The notes under the pieces are model-generated. The model searched no databases, was not told where the DNA came from, and saw only the letters and a list, made by a program, of their open reading frames with translations. A stretch of 64,000 nucleotides of DNA from NCBI GenBank assembly GCA_950097015.1, contig CATNEN010000003.1:14198001-14262000 (forward strand). The letters are read 5' to 3'. Origin of the DNA: Macrostomum hystrix (taxonomy: Eukaryota; Animalia; Platyhelminthes). This document shows positions 50,510-62,017 of the stretch, in pieces; the stretch's first letter is position 1, and every line of letters begins with the position of its first letter. The translations under genes and the position numbers were made by a program.

Positions 50510-50975
50510 CGCCCCGTGTCTACATGATCTCTCCCCTGTCTCATTTCTCACGTGTCTGATCTTTCCTCTGTGTCATTTCTCACATGCCTCATCTCTCCCC
50601 TGTCTCATCTCCACCTGTCTCATCTCTCCCCTGTCTCATCTCTCCCGTGTCTCATCTCTCCCCTGTCTCATCTCTCCCGTATCTCATCTCTCCCCTGTCT
50701 CATCTCTCCCGTATCTCATCTCTCCCCTGTCTCATCTCTCCCCTGTCTCATCTCTCCCGTATCTCATCTCTCCCCTGTCTCATCTCTCCCGTATCTCATC
50801 TCTCCCCTGTCTCATCTCTCCCGTATCTCATCTCTCCCCTGTCTCATCTCTCCCGTATCTCATCTCTCCCCTGTCTCATCGCCCACTGTCTCATCTTTCC
50901 CTGTCTCATTTCCCACTCTCTGATCTCTCACCGTCTCACCCTCCCTGTCTCATCTCTCCCTGTCTGTCCAGTGTC
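50510..50975. repeat. Array of the 16-mer family (variants CCTGTCTCATCTCTCC, CGTATCTCATCTCTCC)
   Basis: Tandem repeat. Confidence 0.9.
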
Positions 50976-51754
50976 TCATCAGTTCACAGTTAATGTGTCC
51001 CACTGTCGTATTTTAGACAGTGTTTGAGTTTGAGAATGGAGGTATCCAAGGCCCTCGGTCTGACCCCATGCAGCAGTGTAAATTTCATATTCAGATCGAG
51101 CTCTAATTGTCTAGCAACGCACGACAACTCAAAAATGCCTATGTTAGTTCTGCACAGTGGGTCGTAGAATGTGTACCTATAATGTTTTCTGCTGTATATA
51201 GGTTATGCAGGTTCATGCAAACTGGTTCTGTTAAACAAGTCTCGGCACGAAATTTTTTCTCGATGAGTTGGCTCGCCGTTTTAGCCCAGTATTTAGCTGC
51301 AGAGCATGCATACATACAGTCACTGGGCACACATACACTGAATGCTTGACTACCCAATTCAGACCAACCCCAACTTACCAGGGCCTGTCTCTCTCTCTCT
51401 CTTTCTTTCTCTCTGTCCTATGCCGAAGAATCTAGACCTAGCAGAACAGTTCTGCATGCTCCAATAAACCATTATAAGAGACCATATTGAGTCTTGTGCT
51501 TATACCATCTCAATTCTCTATTTCTGCCTGCTTAGAAAATGCTTTTTTGCAATGCTCGCTTTCTCACTCACCTATGGCTGAGCAATTAGAGTTTGGGTGG
51601 CAACCACTTTCGTGTTTCATAATTATGCATTACTTTAGCTTCCTGTTGCTGCAAGCCTTGCATTATTATTTGTTGCAATTGTCAAGCCTTCATAACTCAC
51701 AGTTTTGCTCCCAATTTTGCACCAAAAAAGTTTACAAAAGTATGTACTCGAACT

Positions 51755-53098
51755 GGCATTAGAAGAGCTGCATTGGGAATAGCTTCTCATCATTAGATAT
51801 GGCATTAGAAGAGCTGCATTAGGAATGGCTTCTCATCATTAGATATGGCATTAGAAGAGCTGCATTAGGAATGGCTTCTCATCATTAGATATGGCATTAG
51901 AAGAGCTGCATTAGGAATGGCTTCTCATCATTAGAAATGGCATTAGAAGAGCTGCATTAGGAATGGCTTCTCATCATTAGAAATGGCATTAGAAGAGCTG
52001 CATTAGGAATGCCTTCTCATTATAAGAAATGGCATTAGAGGAGCTGCATTAGGAAGGGCTTCTCATCATTAGAACTGGCATTAGAAGAGCTGCATTAGGA
52101 AGGGCTTCTCGTTATTAGAAATGGCATTAGAAAAGCTCTATTAGGAATGGCTTCACATCATTAGAAATGGCATTAGAAGAGCTGCATTAGGAATGGCTTC
52201 TCATCATTAGATATGGCATTAGAAGAGCTGCATTAGGAATGGCTTCTCATCATTAGAAATGGCATTAGAAGAGCTCCATTAGGAATGGCTTCTCATCATT
52301 AGAAATGGCATTAGAAGAGCTGCATTAGGAATGGCTTCTCGTTATTAGAAGTGGCAATAGAAGAGCTCCATTAGGAATGGCTTCTCATCATTAGATATGG
52401 CATTAGAAGAGCTGCATTAGGAATGGCTTCTCATCATTAGATATGGCATTAGAAGAGCTGCATTAGGAATGGCTTCTCATCATTAGAACTGGCATTAGAA
52501 GAGCTGCATTAGGAATGGCTTCTCATCATTAGAAATGGCATTAGAAGAGCTGCATTAGGAATGGCTTCTCATCATTAGATATGGCATTAGAAGAGCTGCA
52601 TTAGGAATGGCTTCTCATCATTAGAAATGGCATTAGAAGAGCTGCATTAGGAATGGCTTCTCATCATTAGATATGGCATTAGAAGAGCTGCATTAGGAAT
52701 GGCTTCTCATCATTAGATATGGCATTAGAAGAGCTGCATTAGGAATGGCTTCTGGTTATTAGAAATGGCATTAGAAAAGCTCCATTAGGAATTGCTTCTA
52801 ATCATTAGAAATGGCATTAGAAGAGCTGCATTAGGAATGGCTTCTCGTTATTAGAAGTGGCATTAGAAGAGCTGCATTAGGAATGGCTTCTCATCATTAG
52901 ATATGGCATTAGAAGAGCTGCATAAGGAAGGGCTTCTCATCATTAGATATGGCATTAGAAGAGCTGCATTAGGAAGGGCTTCTCATCATTAGATATGGCA
53001 TTAGAAGAGCTGCATTAGGAAGGGCTTCTCATCATTATATATGGCATTAGAAGAGCTGCATTAGGAATGGCTTCTCGTTATTAGAACTGGCATTAGAA
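51755..53098. repeat. 46-bp minisatellite (TGGCATTAGAAGAGCTGCATTAGGAATGGCTTCTCATCATTAGA[T/A]A)n
   Basis: About 29 units. Confidence 0.96.
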
Positions 53099-54312
53099 AT
53101 GTTGCACTTGAAATAGCCCCTCAGTACCTCATACCTGGTTATTAATTGACCTAAGGTAGCATAGAAATACATAAATTTCTGCTTTTTTATGGGCCTAATT
53201 AGCGCACAAAAAACTTTTCGAATGAACTCAAGCACAACGTGTTTCGCTTGCTTTTGCATATGCAGAAAATGCAAAGTCTAAGTGGTTGATAAAATTGTCA
53301 GGGTAAGTTTTTCTATACTATACTCAACAATTTTTTGTCTCTAGTCGAATTTTATCGGCATTGATAAGAGCTAAGTTTTTTTCTCCACTCTCTATCGCTC
53401 TCTATTGGCAATAAGATTCTCGTTTCCAAAAGCATTAGAAGGCGGGTTAGTAGGCTCAGCCGGGGAGGGGTCGTTGGCAGGCAACGGCGCGGTGAGACAG
53501 TGTGCGTGAGGGAGGAGGGAGGGAGTTAGTCTGACTAAGCCATTCAGGCTTGGCATGCTCTGGTTGGTTCTGCTGCAGCTGCCGTGCAGGTTGAAAGAGA
53601 GAAGAGAGAGAGAGAGGCAACACTTATGGCTTGGTGCAGGCGAACCCTGGCCACAGCAGGTATTAATTAGCCTCCTATAGCCAAGAAGATATGGAGGTGG
53701 GGTGGGCGCCCCGGCTGCGGATTGGTGTAAATTGGGTCGTGCGCAAGGTGAGGCACGTATCCGCCCCCACTATAGCCCGCGCGCACAAGCATGCAGTTTG
53801 CATATATTTAAGGTTTCACCGAGTTCAGATTTTGGTTGCGGGCATCGAGCTGGCATGCGGGCCTTCGCTGGCCAACCTTCACTTTTCGGCCTCGAGAATC
53901 ATCTAAAGCTGTCACAGCGTCAACATGCTGGAATCGGAAATGGTAAGTTCTACCAGTCAATTATATTTACTCGTACAATTAGCTACTATAAACCTAAATA
54001 TGCGATTCTATATATATATGTGAAGATGTTTAATTTAGCCAATAGCTCAGTGTGTTTGCCTTTGTACATGTATAACCTTCCGTCTATAAATATTCGAATA
54101 GGCTGTTTCTACCGGGCCGTTTAAACGGAAGACTGGATGAAGTTACCGCGATGGTTCGACAGGCAGACTAGACCAGTTCAACTTTACATTGTAAGCTACA
54201 GCTATAATTTTACTAGAAATTCCTTTAATTAACCTTTGTAGCTACTGGCACTGCCGCGATATTTCAATTTCATGTTAAATCGAACCGGAAGTTGATAACT
54301 GATAAACTATAG

Positions 54313-54923
54313 CACTGGTCGGCAAACTTATTAGCTAGAGGGCCAAAGAGATAATCTAAAAGACGACAGCGGTCCACATTTAATGTAGAAATATGAGAAA
54401 GGGGAGAGATGAGACACGGGAGAGATGAGACACGGGAGAGATGAGACACGGGAGAGATGAGACACGGTAGAGATTAGACACGGGAGAGATGAGACACGGG
54501 AGAGATTATACACGGGAGAGATTAGACACGGGAGAGATGAGGCACGGGGTAGACACATGGGAGATGAGACGACAGCGGTCCACATTTAATGTAGAAATAT
54601 GAGAAAAGGGAGAGATGAGACACGGGAGAGATGAGACACGGGAGAGATTAGACACGGTAGAGATTAGACACGGGAGAGATGAGATACGGGAGAGATGAGA
54701 CACGGGAGAGATGAGACACGGGAGAGATGAGACAAGGGAGAGATGAGACACGGGAGAGATGAGACACGGGAGAGATGAGACACGGGAGAGATGAGACACG
54801 GGGTAAACACATGAGAGATGAGACCAGGGAAAGATGAGACAGGATCGGAAGGTGTCGGACGGGGTGAAGGGAGCGTCGAGGGCCGCATCTGGCCCGCGGG
54901 CCGGAGTTTGCCGACCCTAGCTG
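54313..54923. mobile_element. hAT (Charlie-like) MITE filled with the 16-mer minisatellite
   Basis: TIRs CACTGGTCGGCAAACT / AGTTTGCCGACCC(TAG)CTG, subterminal GGGCCGCATCTGGCCCGCGGGCCG, and TSD AACTATAG (54305) / AACTAAAG (54924). The interior is (GGGAGAGATGAGACAC)n. Confidence 0.8.
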
Positions 54924-57289
54924 AACTAAAGGCTGGGAATTTTTAGTTCTAAATGCAAGATTTTCATTTTTAGTATATTAGATTTGGTTTTCAAATGATT
55001 TCGTTACAAAATTTTGTTCGAATCTAGAATCTAGAAGTTAGAAGCAACGAGGCTATAACAGTATTTTTATATTCATTTGTTCTCGTAGCATTGTGCCATA
55101 AATTAGGCTAGCATATCGTATTGTTGTCATTGCCCATGCTTTGTTTTCTATAATTATCCTGACTATACCTTTGTTTTGCATATTTTTCTTACTTCGCTTG
55201 CAGCACAAGCTTTCAGGCAACATGTCACAATGTCTTCCACTTTTGTTGTAAATTATTTTATCTGATACAGTATGAATTTATCATTATCTTAGAGTTTTTT
55301 TATCAGTGCAAGAGCAAATGCATACTTGTTACTTCTAGTAGTATTCTGGTGCTACAGTGCAGTGCTAAAATCGTGAACTTTAGAAATATAAATTTCCATT
55401 GTTCTAGATCTTAAGCCTGCCATTTGTAATATTATGTTCGATTATGCTTATTACCCAATGATCAACAACTTGATCATTATTACTGGCTTTTCTCACCGTT
55501 AAATGTGCCTTAATAACCTTTGTTAATAGTTTGCTAGAGTTTTTGCTTATTTAGAATATGTTTTTCTCTACCTGCTTCTTTTGGTAGATAGTTTGACTCG
55601 CATATACTCAAATTGATTAGACAAATCGGTACATGAGTACTCATTTGAGCACAGAAATCTCAGCGAAGAAAATTTATTAGTCTATTTGGGCAGTTAAAAA
55701 AAGTGTAAAATAATATTTAATACGATGTTACACACAATGACTACTCAATATCAATATCGTTGTTTGTCTAGTTGTTTTATTGTCTATAGAATAATTTACC
55801 GTTAATCATATTTTAATACCATGAAGTTATGTCTCGCCTCATGTTTCTTAACTCATAACTGCCTGTCTGTAAAACCATGCAACAAATTCACATATGGAAA
55901 TTTGGTGACCGTTTTTGTTAGATTGTCCTCTGCACCTGACCTGTTAACCTAATTTAGATAACAGTGACGTGGCAACTCCGCTAATCTAGACACTAATGGT
56001 GCTGTTAAGCATTTCCGACATGTAAATTTTCTCATCCTTATCAGCCTCATTTTTCATTCAAATTTGATTCCTATGAAATTGTTTCATAATTATTCTTGAT
56101 CTTGTACCAATAAGTTGTATTCGAAATAATTGTTCTTTAACTGAATTTTGTGAATGCCAATTTGTTTTAAACCTTAAAAGCATCGTCAAAAGGCTGTGAT
56201 TCGCTGTGTGAATAAACTTAGCACTGTCTTACATTCTTTGCTTCTTCATATTTCTAAGGAAAATGTTTGCTATGCTACTATCGCAAGCTACTAACAAGTA
56301 GCTTGTTGTAGTTTTTTTCTGTTTTGTTCTATTTTAGTTAAGTTTGTTTTGGCTCGTCAATTCAGAGTTTTGCTGTGCTTTGTAAATAAACGAACGCCTC
56401 GCTTAATCTTAGTTGCAAAAGTGCTAATTTTACTTTTCTATAGATTTGCTGGTAGAAATATTTAACAGTCTTTAAATATGATTGATTAATTGTTAGATCA
56501 AATGCTAATTTATGTTCGACTTATAAAGCTTCACATTTGTAGTAAAAAGGTATTAGTAATATAATCAGATTTTCTCAGTTAGTTTCGCATCTTATTCAAA
56601 GTATTAAAACATTTTATTAGTTGTAGCTGCGCTTACACAGAACAAAAACGCTTTCATACTCGTACTTGTCTTAAAATTGTGTGCAAACTATTGATTATTG
56701 GATATTGCCTCCAATTTTTCTGCCAGATTGCTATCTGAAAAACATGCTCATATTCTCAGTTTTTAAGCAGTTTAACTAATAATTTGCATACTCAATAAAA
56801 ACGCCATATTGACTACTGACTACTTATCATTTGTTAGGCAGTAGTATATTTCGCGAATGCGAAAAATCCTTATTTTTGGCGAATTCGCCTGTTGTCGACT
56901 TTGTAATTTTCATACTAAATGAGGATTATCGGAGACTTGATTAAACAATAGGGATTTAAAACTGGACGGAATGTACAATGGAAATATTGTGAGATTATTC
57001 AAGACTAGATTGAGACTATCTGGTACTTGGTGGTGATTGTCTGACACTAAATTGAGATTATCTGAGACTGAGTAGACATTATTCCCTATGCTGGATGAAG
57101 ATTATCTGGTACTGGATTGAGATTATCTGAGACTTTGTAAGATTATCCCCAAGTTCATAAAAATATAGCGGAAATGATTATTATAATTTGTTAGCCTTTG
57201 CAAAATTTGCAAAGCAGAAGAAACTTCAGGTGACAAATATTCTGAGGATTACCTGAAAGTGTGTTCAGTCGTTAGGATTCATTCTCAGA

Positions 57290-57505
57290 TCATTTTTTAG
57301 ATGTGTCCCAATAGATTATTCTCTAGATGTTTCCCATTGATCCATCTCTAGATATTTCCAATAGATCATTGTCTAGATGTTTCCCATAGATAATTCTCTA
57401 GATATTTCCTATAGATCATTCTCTAGATGTTTCCCATAGATAATTCTCTAGATATTTCCCATAGATCATTGTCTAGATGCTTCCCATAGCTCCTTCTCTA
57501 GATTG
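57290..57505. repeat. Degenerate 25-bp TCTAGA-rich array upstream of COE
   Basis: Same family as 58340-60013. Confidence 0.8.
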
Positions 57506-57599
57506 TCCCAAACAAGTCTCTAATCTACTATAACTGAAAGAAAAAATTTATTAATTTTGCATTTTGCCTAAAGTAATCCCACTCCAAATTCGTAAGACT

Positions 57600-57880
57600 T
57601 CTCCTCATTGGCTCTTAAAATATTCCCCATTACTGGCCCGTCATTGGCTCCCCTCCTAGCGGGCCGTCAGACAATTATCCCTTCTCCCAACGTTGTTATC
57701 CCCTGCTTTTCATTGGCTGTCACGTTTTCCACTTCCTCCAGCAGTCACCAGACCGGCCGCAGCGGCGGCGGCGGCGGCAAGTGGCCGCGGAGGTTGGGGA
57801 GGCGTTCAGCCCACCCCACATTGACACCCACCCCATCCTCCGCAGAGCGGTGCCCACCACGCGGGAGGAGGTATTAAGGA
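57600..57880 (+). promoter_or_regulatory. Putative COE promoter: three CCAAT boxes and a GC-rich tract
   Basis: TCATTGGCT at 57605, 57641 and 57710, followed by a (GGC)n tract, 200-500 bp upstream of the ATG exon. Confidence 0.45.
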
Positions 57881-58087
57881 AGTAGAAAAAACTGAGAGTG
57901 TTTAACGTTTGGGAGTTTAGAAACTCGAGCAGGCTAGAAAAATCCCACAAGATTCAATCAATCAAATAAAAAAAATATTTTCCAATAATTTCATTACTTA
58001 TTGATTCCCAAGAGTAAGAGTCAAATATTTTCCAAGTGAAGATATATTAGTTGAGAGGATTATCGAAATATAATTTCAGCAGTCGCA

Positions 58088-60861
58088 ATGGTAAGTGTTT
58101 CTAAAGCTTGTAGTCGTTATATTTAAAGTATATAGCAATGCTACTCAACCAAATTGTCTCATCAGGACATGCTGGGTGGCAGCGGTATCAAGCACGAGAC
58201 ACGTGGAGGGCCACTGATGCGCAGTTGGATGCAGGCCGACACGGCAAACAAGTGAGTTGCTAGGCAGTTGCTATGCGGTGTCATTGGTGCTACTATCTTT
58301 TACTAAATGATTTTAATTCTTAATACTGTTAATGCCTAAATATCTAGATCCTATTCTAGATCTTTCTCATAGATTCTTTTCTAGATCTTTCCTCTTAGAT
58401 CCTATTCTAGATCCTTCCCTTTAGATACTATTCCAGATCTTTCTCTAGATCCTTCTCTAGATGTTTCCTTAGATCCTATTCTAGATCTTTCTCATAGATC
58501 CTTCTCTAGATATTTTCCATAGATCATTCTCTAATGTTTCCCATAGATCATTCTCTAGATCTTTCTCATAGATCCTTCTCTAGATCTTTCTCATAGATCC
58601 TTCTCTAGATCTTTCTCATAGATCCTTCTCTAGATCTTTCCCATAGATCATTCTCTAGATCTTTCCCATTGATCATTCTCTAGATCTTTCCCATTGATCA
58701 TTCTCTAGATCTTTCCCATAGATCATTCTCTAGATCTTTCTCATAGATCATTCTCTAGATCTTTCTCATAGATCCTTCTCTAGATCTTTCTCATAGATCC
58801 TTCTCTAGATCTTTCTCATAGATCCTTCTCTAGATCTTTCTCATAGATCCTTCTCTAGATCTTTCTCATAGATCCTTCTCTAGATCTTTCTCATAGATCC
58901 TTCTCTAGATCTTTCCCATAGATCATTCTCTAGATCTTTCCCATTGATCATTCTCTAGATCTTTCCCATAGATCATTCTCTAGATCTTTCCCATAGATCA
59001 TTCTCTATATCTTTCTCATACATCCTATTCTAGATCTTTCCTCTTAGATCCTATTCTAGATCTTTCTCTAGATCCTTCTCTAGATGTTTCCTTAGATCCT
59101 ATTCTAGATCTTTCTCATAGATCCTTCTCTAGATCTTTCCCATAGATCATTCTCTAATGTTTCCCATAGATCATTCTCTAGATCTTTCCCATAGATCATT
59201 CTCTAATGTTTCCCATAGATCATTCTCTAGATCTTTTCCATAGATCATTCTCTAATGTTTCCCATAGATCATTCTCTAGATCTTTCCCATAGATTATTCT
59301 CTAGATCTTTCCCATAGATCAATCTCTAGATCTTTCTCATAGATCATTCTCTAGATCTTTCTCATAGATCATTCTCTAGATCTTTCTCATAGATCCTTCT
59401 CTAGATCTTTCCCATAGATCATTCTCTAGATCTTTCCCATAGATCATTCTCTATATCTTTCTCATACATCCTATTCTAGATCCTTCCCTTTAGTTACTAT
59501 TCTAGATCTTTCTCTAGATCATTCTCTAGATGTTTCCTTAGATCCTATTCTAGATCTTTCTCATAGATCATTCTCTAGATCTTTCCCATAGATCATTCTC
59601 TAATGTTTTCCATAGATCATTCTCTAGATCTTTCCCATAGATCATTCTCTAGATCTTTCTCATAGATCATTCTCTAGATCTTTCTCATAGATCCTTCTCT
59701 AGATCTTTCCCATAGATCATTCTCTAGATCTTTCTCATAGATCTTTCTCTAGGCCCTTCTCTAGATGTTTCCATAGATCCTATTCTAGATCTTTCCCATA
59801 GATCATTTTCTAATGTTTCCCATAGATCATTCTCTAGATCTTTCCCATAGATTATTCTCTAGATCTTTCCTATAGATCATTCTCTAGATCTTTCCAATTG
59901 ATCATTCTCTAGATATTTCCCATAGATCATTCTCTAGATCTTTCTCATAGATCCTTCTCTAGATCTTTCTCATAGATCATTCTCTAGATCTTTCTCATAG
60001 ATCCTTCTCTAGATGCATTCAAAGACTAATGTCGCTATAAATTTTGATCAGTTCTTGAATAAGATAAAAAATTTTGCATTTATGAAGTAAACTGCCACAT
60101 CACAATGTCCTCAGTCCGCTGCTATTCAGCAACATGGGCATCTCGCGCGCCCACTTCGAAAAGCAACCGCCTTCGAACCTACGCAAGAGCAACTTCTTTC
60201 ACTTCGTCATCGCCCTGTACGATCGTCAGGGTCAGCCGGTGGAAATCGAGCGAGCCATGTTTGTCGGCTTTGTCGAAGGCGATATGGTGAGTACATGGCT
60301 AGGCTGGGTATTTGCCAAGAATAAGACATTGAGAAGCAGATCTATAAAATGATATCTATAGACTGAGATCTAGAGAATGAGATCTGGAGAATGAGATCTA
60401 TGGAATGAGATCTATGGAATGAGATCTATGGAATGAGATCTATGGAATGAGATCTATGGAATGAGATCTATGGAATGAGATCTAGAGAATGAGATCTAGA
60501 GAATGAGATCTAGAGAATGAGATCTAGATAATGAGATCTAGAGAATGAGATCTAGAGAATGAGATCTAGATAATGAGATCTAGAGAATGAGATCTAGAGA
60601 ATGAGATCTAGATAATGAGATCTAGATAATGAGATCTAGAGAATGAGATCTAGATAATGAGATCTAGATAATAAGATCTAGATAATGGTATCTAGATAAT
60701 GAGATCTAGAGAATGAGATCTAGAGAATGAGATCTATACCCATGCTATCTATCTATCCTTACTATATGATCTATTACGCAAATAAATAACTGCCCAGGAG
60801 CCTAAATCTGAGAGGACTAGCAATGGTATTCACTACCTGCTGTACCTGATGTATGCCAGCG
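58088..60861 (+). CDS. coe: COE/EBF (collier/unc-3) transcription factor, 5' exons only; gene continues beyond the window
   Basis: Exons 58088-58090 (ATG), 58166-58251 (IKHE..RSWMQ), 60130-60286 ([36 protein letters not shown], the COE signature) and 60798-60861 ([13 protein letters not shown]). All are phase-consistent GT-AG. Confidence 0.93.
58340..60013. repeat. 25-bp minisatellite (TCTAGATCTTTC[C/T]CATAGATC[A/C]TTC)n in COE intron 2
   Basis: Tandem repeat that fills most of the intron. Confidence 0.95.
60355..60737. repeat. 14-bp minisatellite (GAGATCTAGAGAAT)n in COE intron 3
   Basis: Tandem repeat. Confidence 0.93.
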
Positions 60862-61604
60862 GTAAGTTTGCAAACGCTTGTGCCACAATATATACATTCG
60901 TAATAATTAAAAATCTATTTATTTAAACTTGGCGCCTAAAAGTCATTTCCGATTATTCTCTGGTTAAACAATTGATGCCTAAATTAACGGGTCCAAGTTA
61001 GGTCAAGGTGACTGTGATGCAATCAAATTTTACCGCACGCGAAATGGCGAATGCGAGAGTTTAAATGCTTGATATCCAATCACGCTTGTCAGAAAACAAC
61101 TGCTCACCTATTTCCTGACCCATCCTTCTCACCAGTATTCAATGCGCAGACTCCTCTTCAATAATATCCCATGCAGTTCTCCCATATCCCAGAATTTGCA
61201 TAAACAGCCCATGCAGTTTGAAATCCCACTGTCTGTTCTGGTTATTCTCGGGATGGGTTCATGGGCGCTTCACAAATATTTGCCGCTTTCATCCCGGACC
61301 ATTCGATTTGAGGTGCAAATTTTCAGTTGACATGTCAATAATAAAGATATACGATTCGGTGAAAATGGCATTATAGATGCATAGCTTGACACCTTGGGTC
61401 ATTGTATGAAGTACTCCAATGAAGACAATGATAAGACAGCTCTGTGTCAGACAATTCTGATCTTCACAACTTAAGTGACACGTGCATAAGATCTTCATCA
61501 AACAGCCAGTTTACTGTCTTTCAACTGCAGATTGTGGTCGGAAAATCCTGTTTATACTTCAGGCCCTTTTATAACACATCTTTCCTGTCTCATCAATCCC
61601 AGTA

Positions 61605-62017
61605 CCGTCTCTCCCGTGTCTCATCTCTCCCCAGTCTCATCTCTCCCGTGTCTCATCTCTCCCGTGTCTCATCTCTCCCGTGTCTGATCTCTCCTGTGTC
61701 TCATCTCTCCCGTGTCTCATCTCTCCCGTGTCTCATCTCTCCCGTGTCTGATCTCTCCTGTGTCTCATCTCTCCCGTGTCTCATCTCTCCCGTGTCTCAT
61801 CTCTCCCGTGTCTGATCTCTCCTGTGTCTCATCTCTCCCGTGTCTCATCTCTCCCGTGTCTCATCTCTCCCGTGTCTCATCTCTCCCGTGTCTCATCTCT
61901 CCCGTGTCTCATCTCTCCCGTGTCTCATCTCTCCCGTGTCTCATCTCTCCCGTGTCTCATCTCTCCCGTGTCTCATCTCTCCCGTGTCTCATCTCTCCCG
62001 TGTCTCATCTCTCTCGT
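61605..62017. repeat. Array of the GTGTCTCATCTCTCCC 16-mer in COE intron 4
   Basis: About 25 units. Confidence 0.93.

Noticed and set aside
46810-53098. CRISPR-like appearance of the 28-, 30- and 46-bp repeats
   Set aside because: The units are head-to-tail with no unique spacers, there are no cas genes, and the context is eukaryotic.
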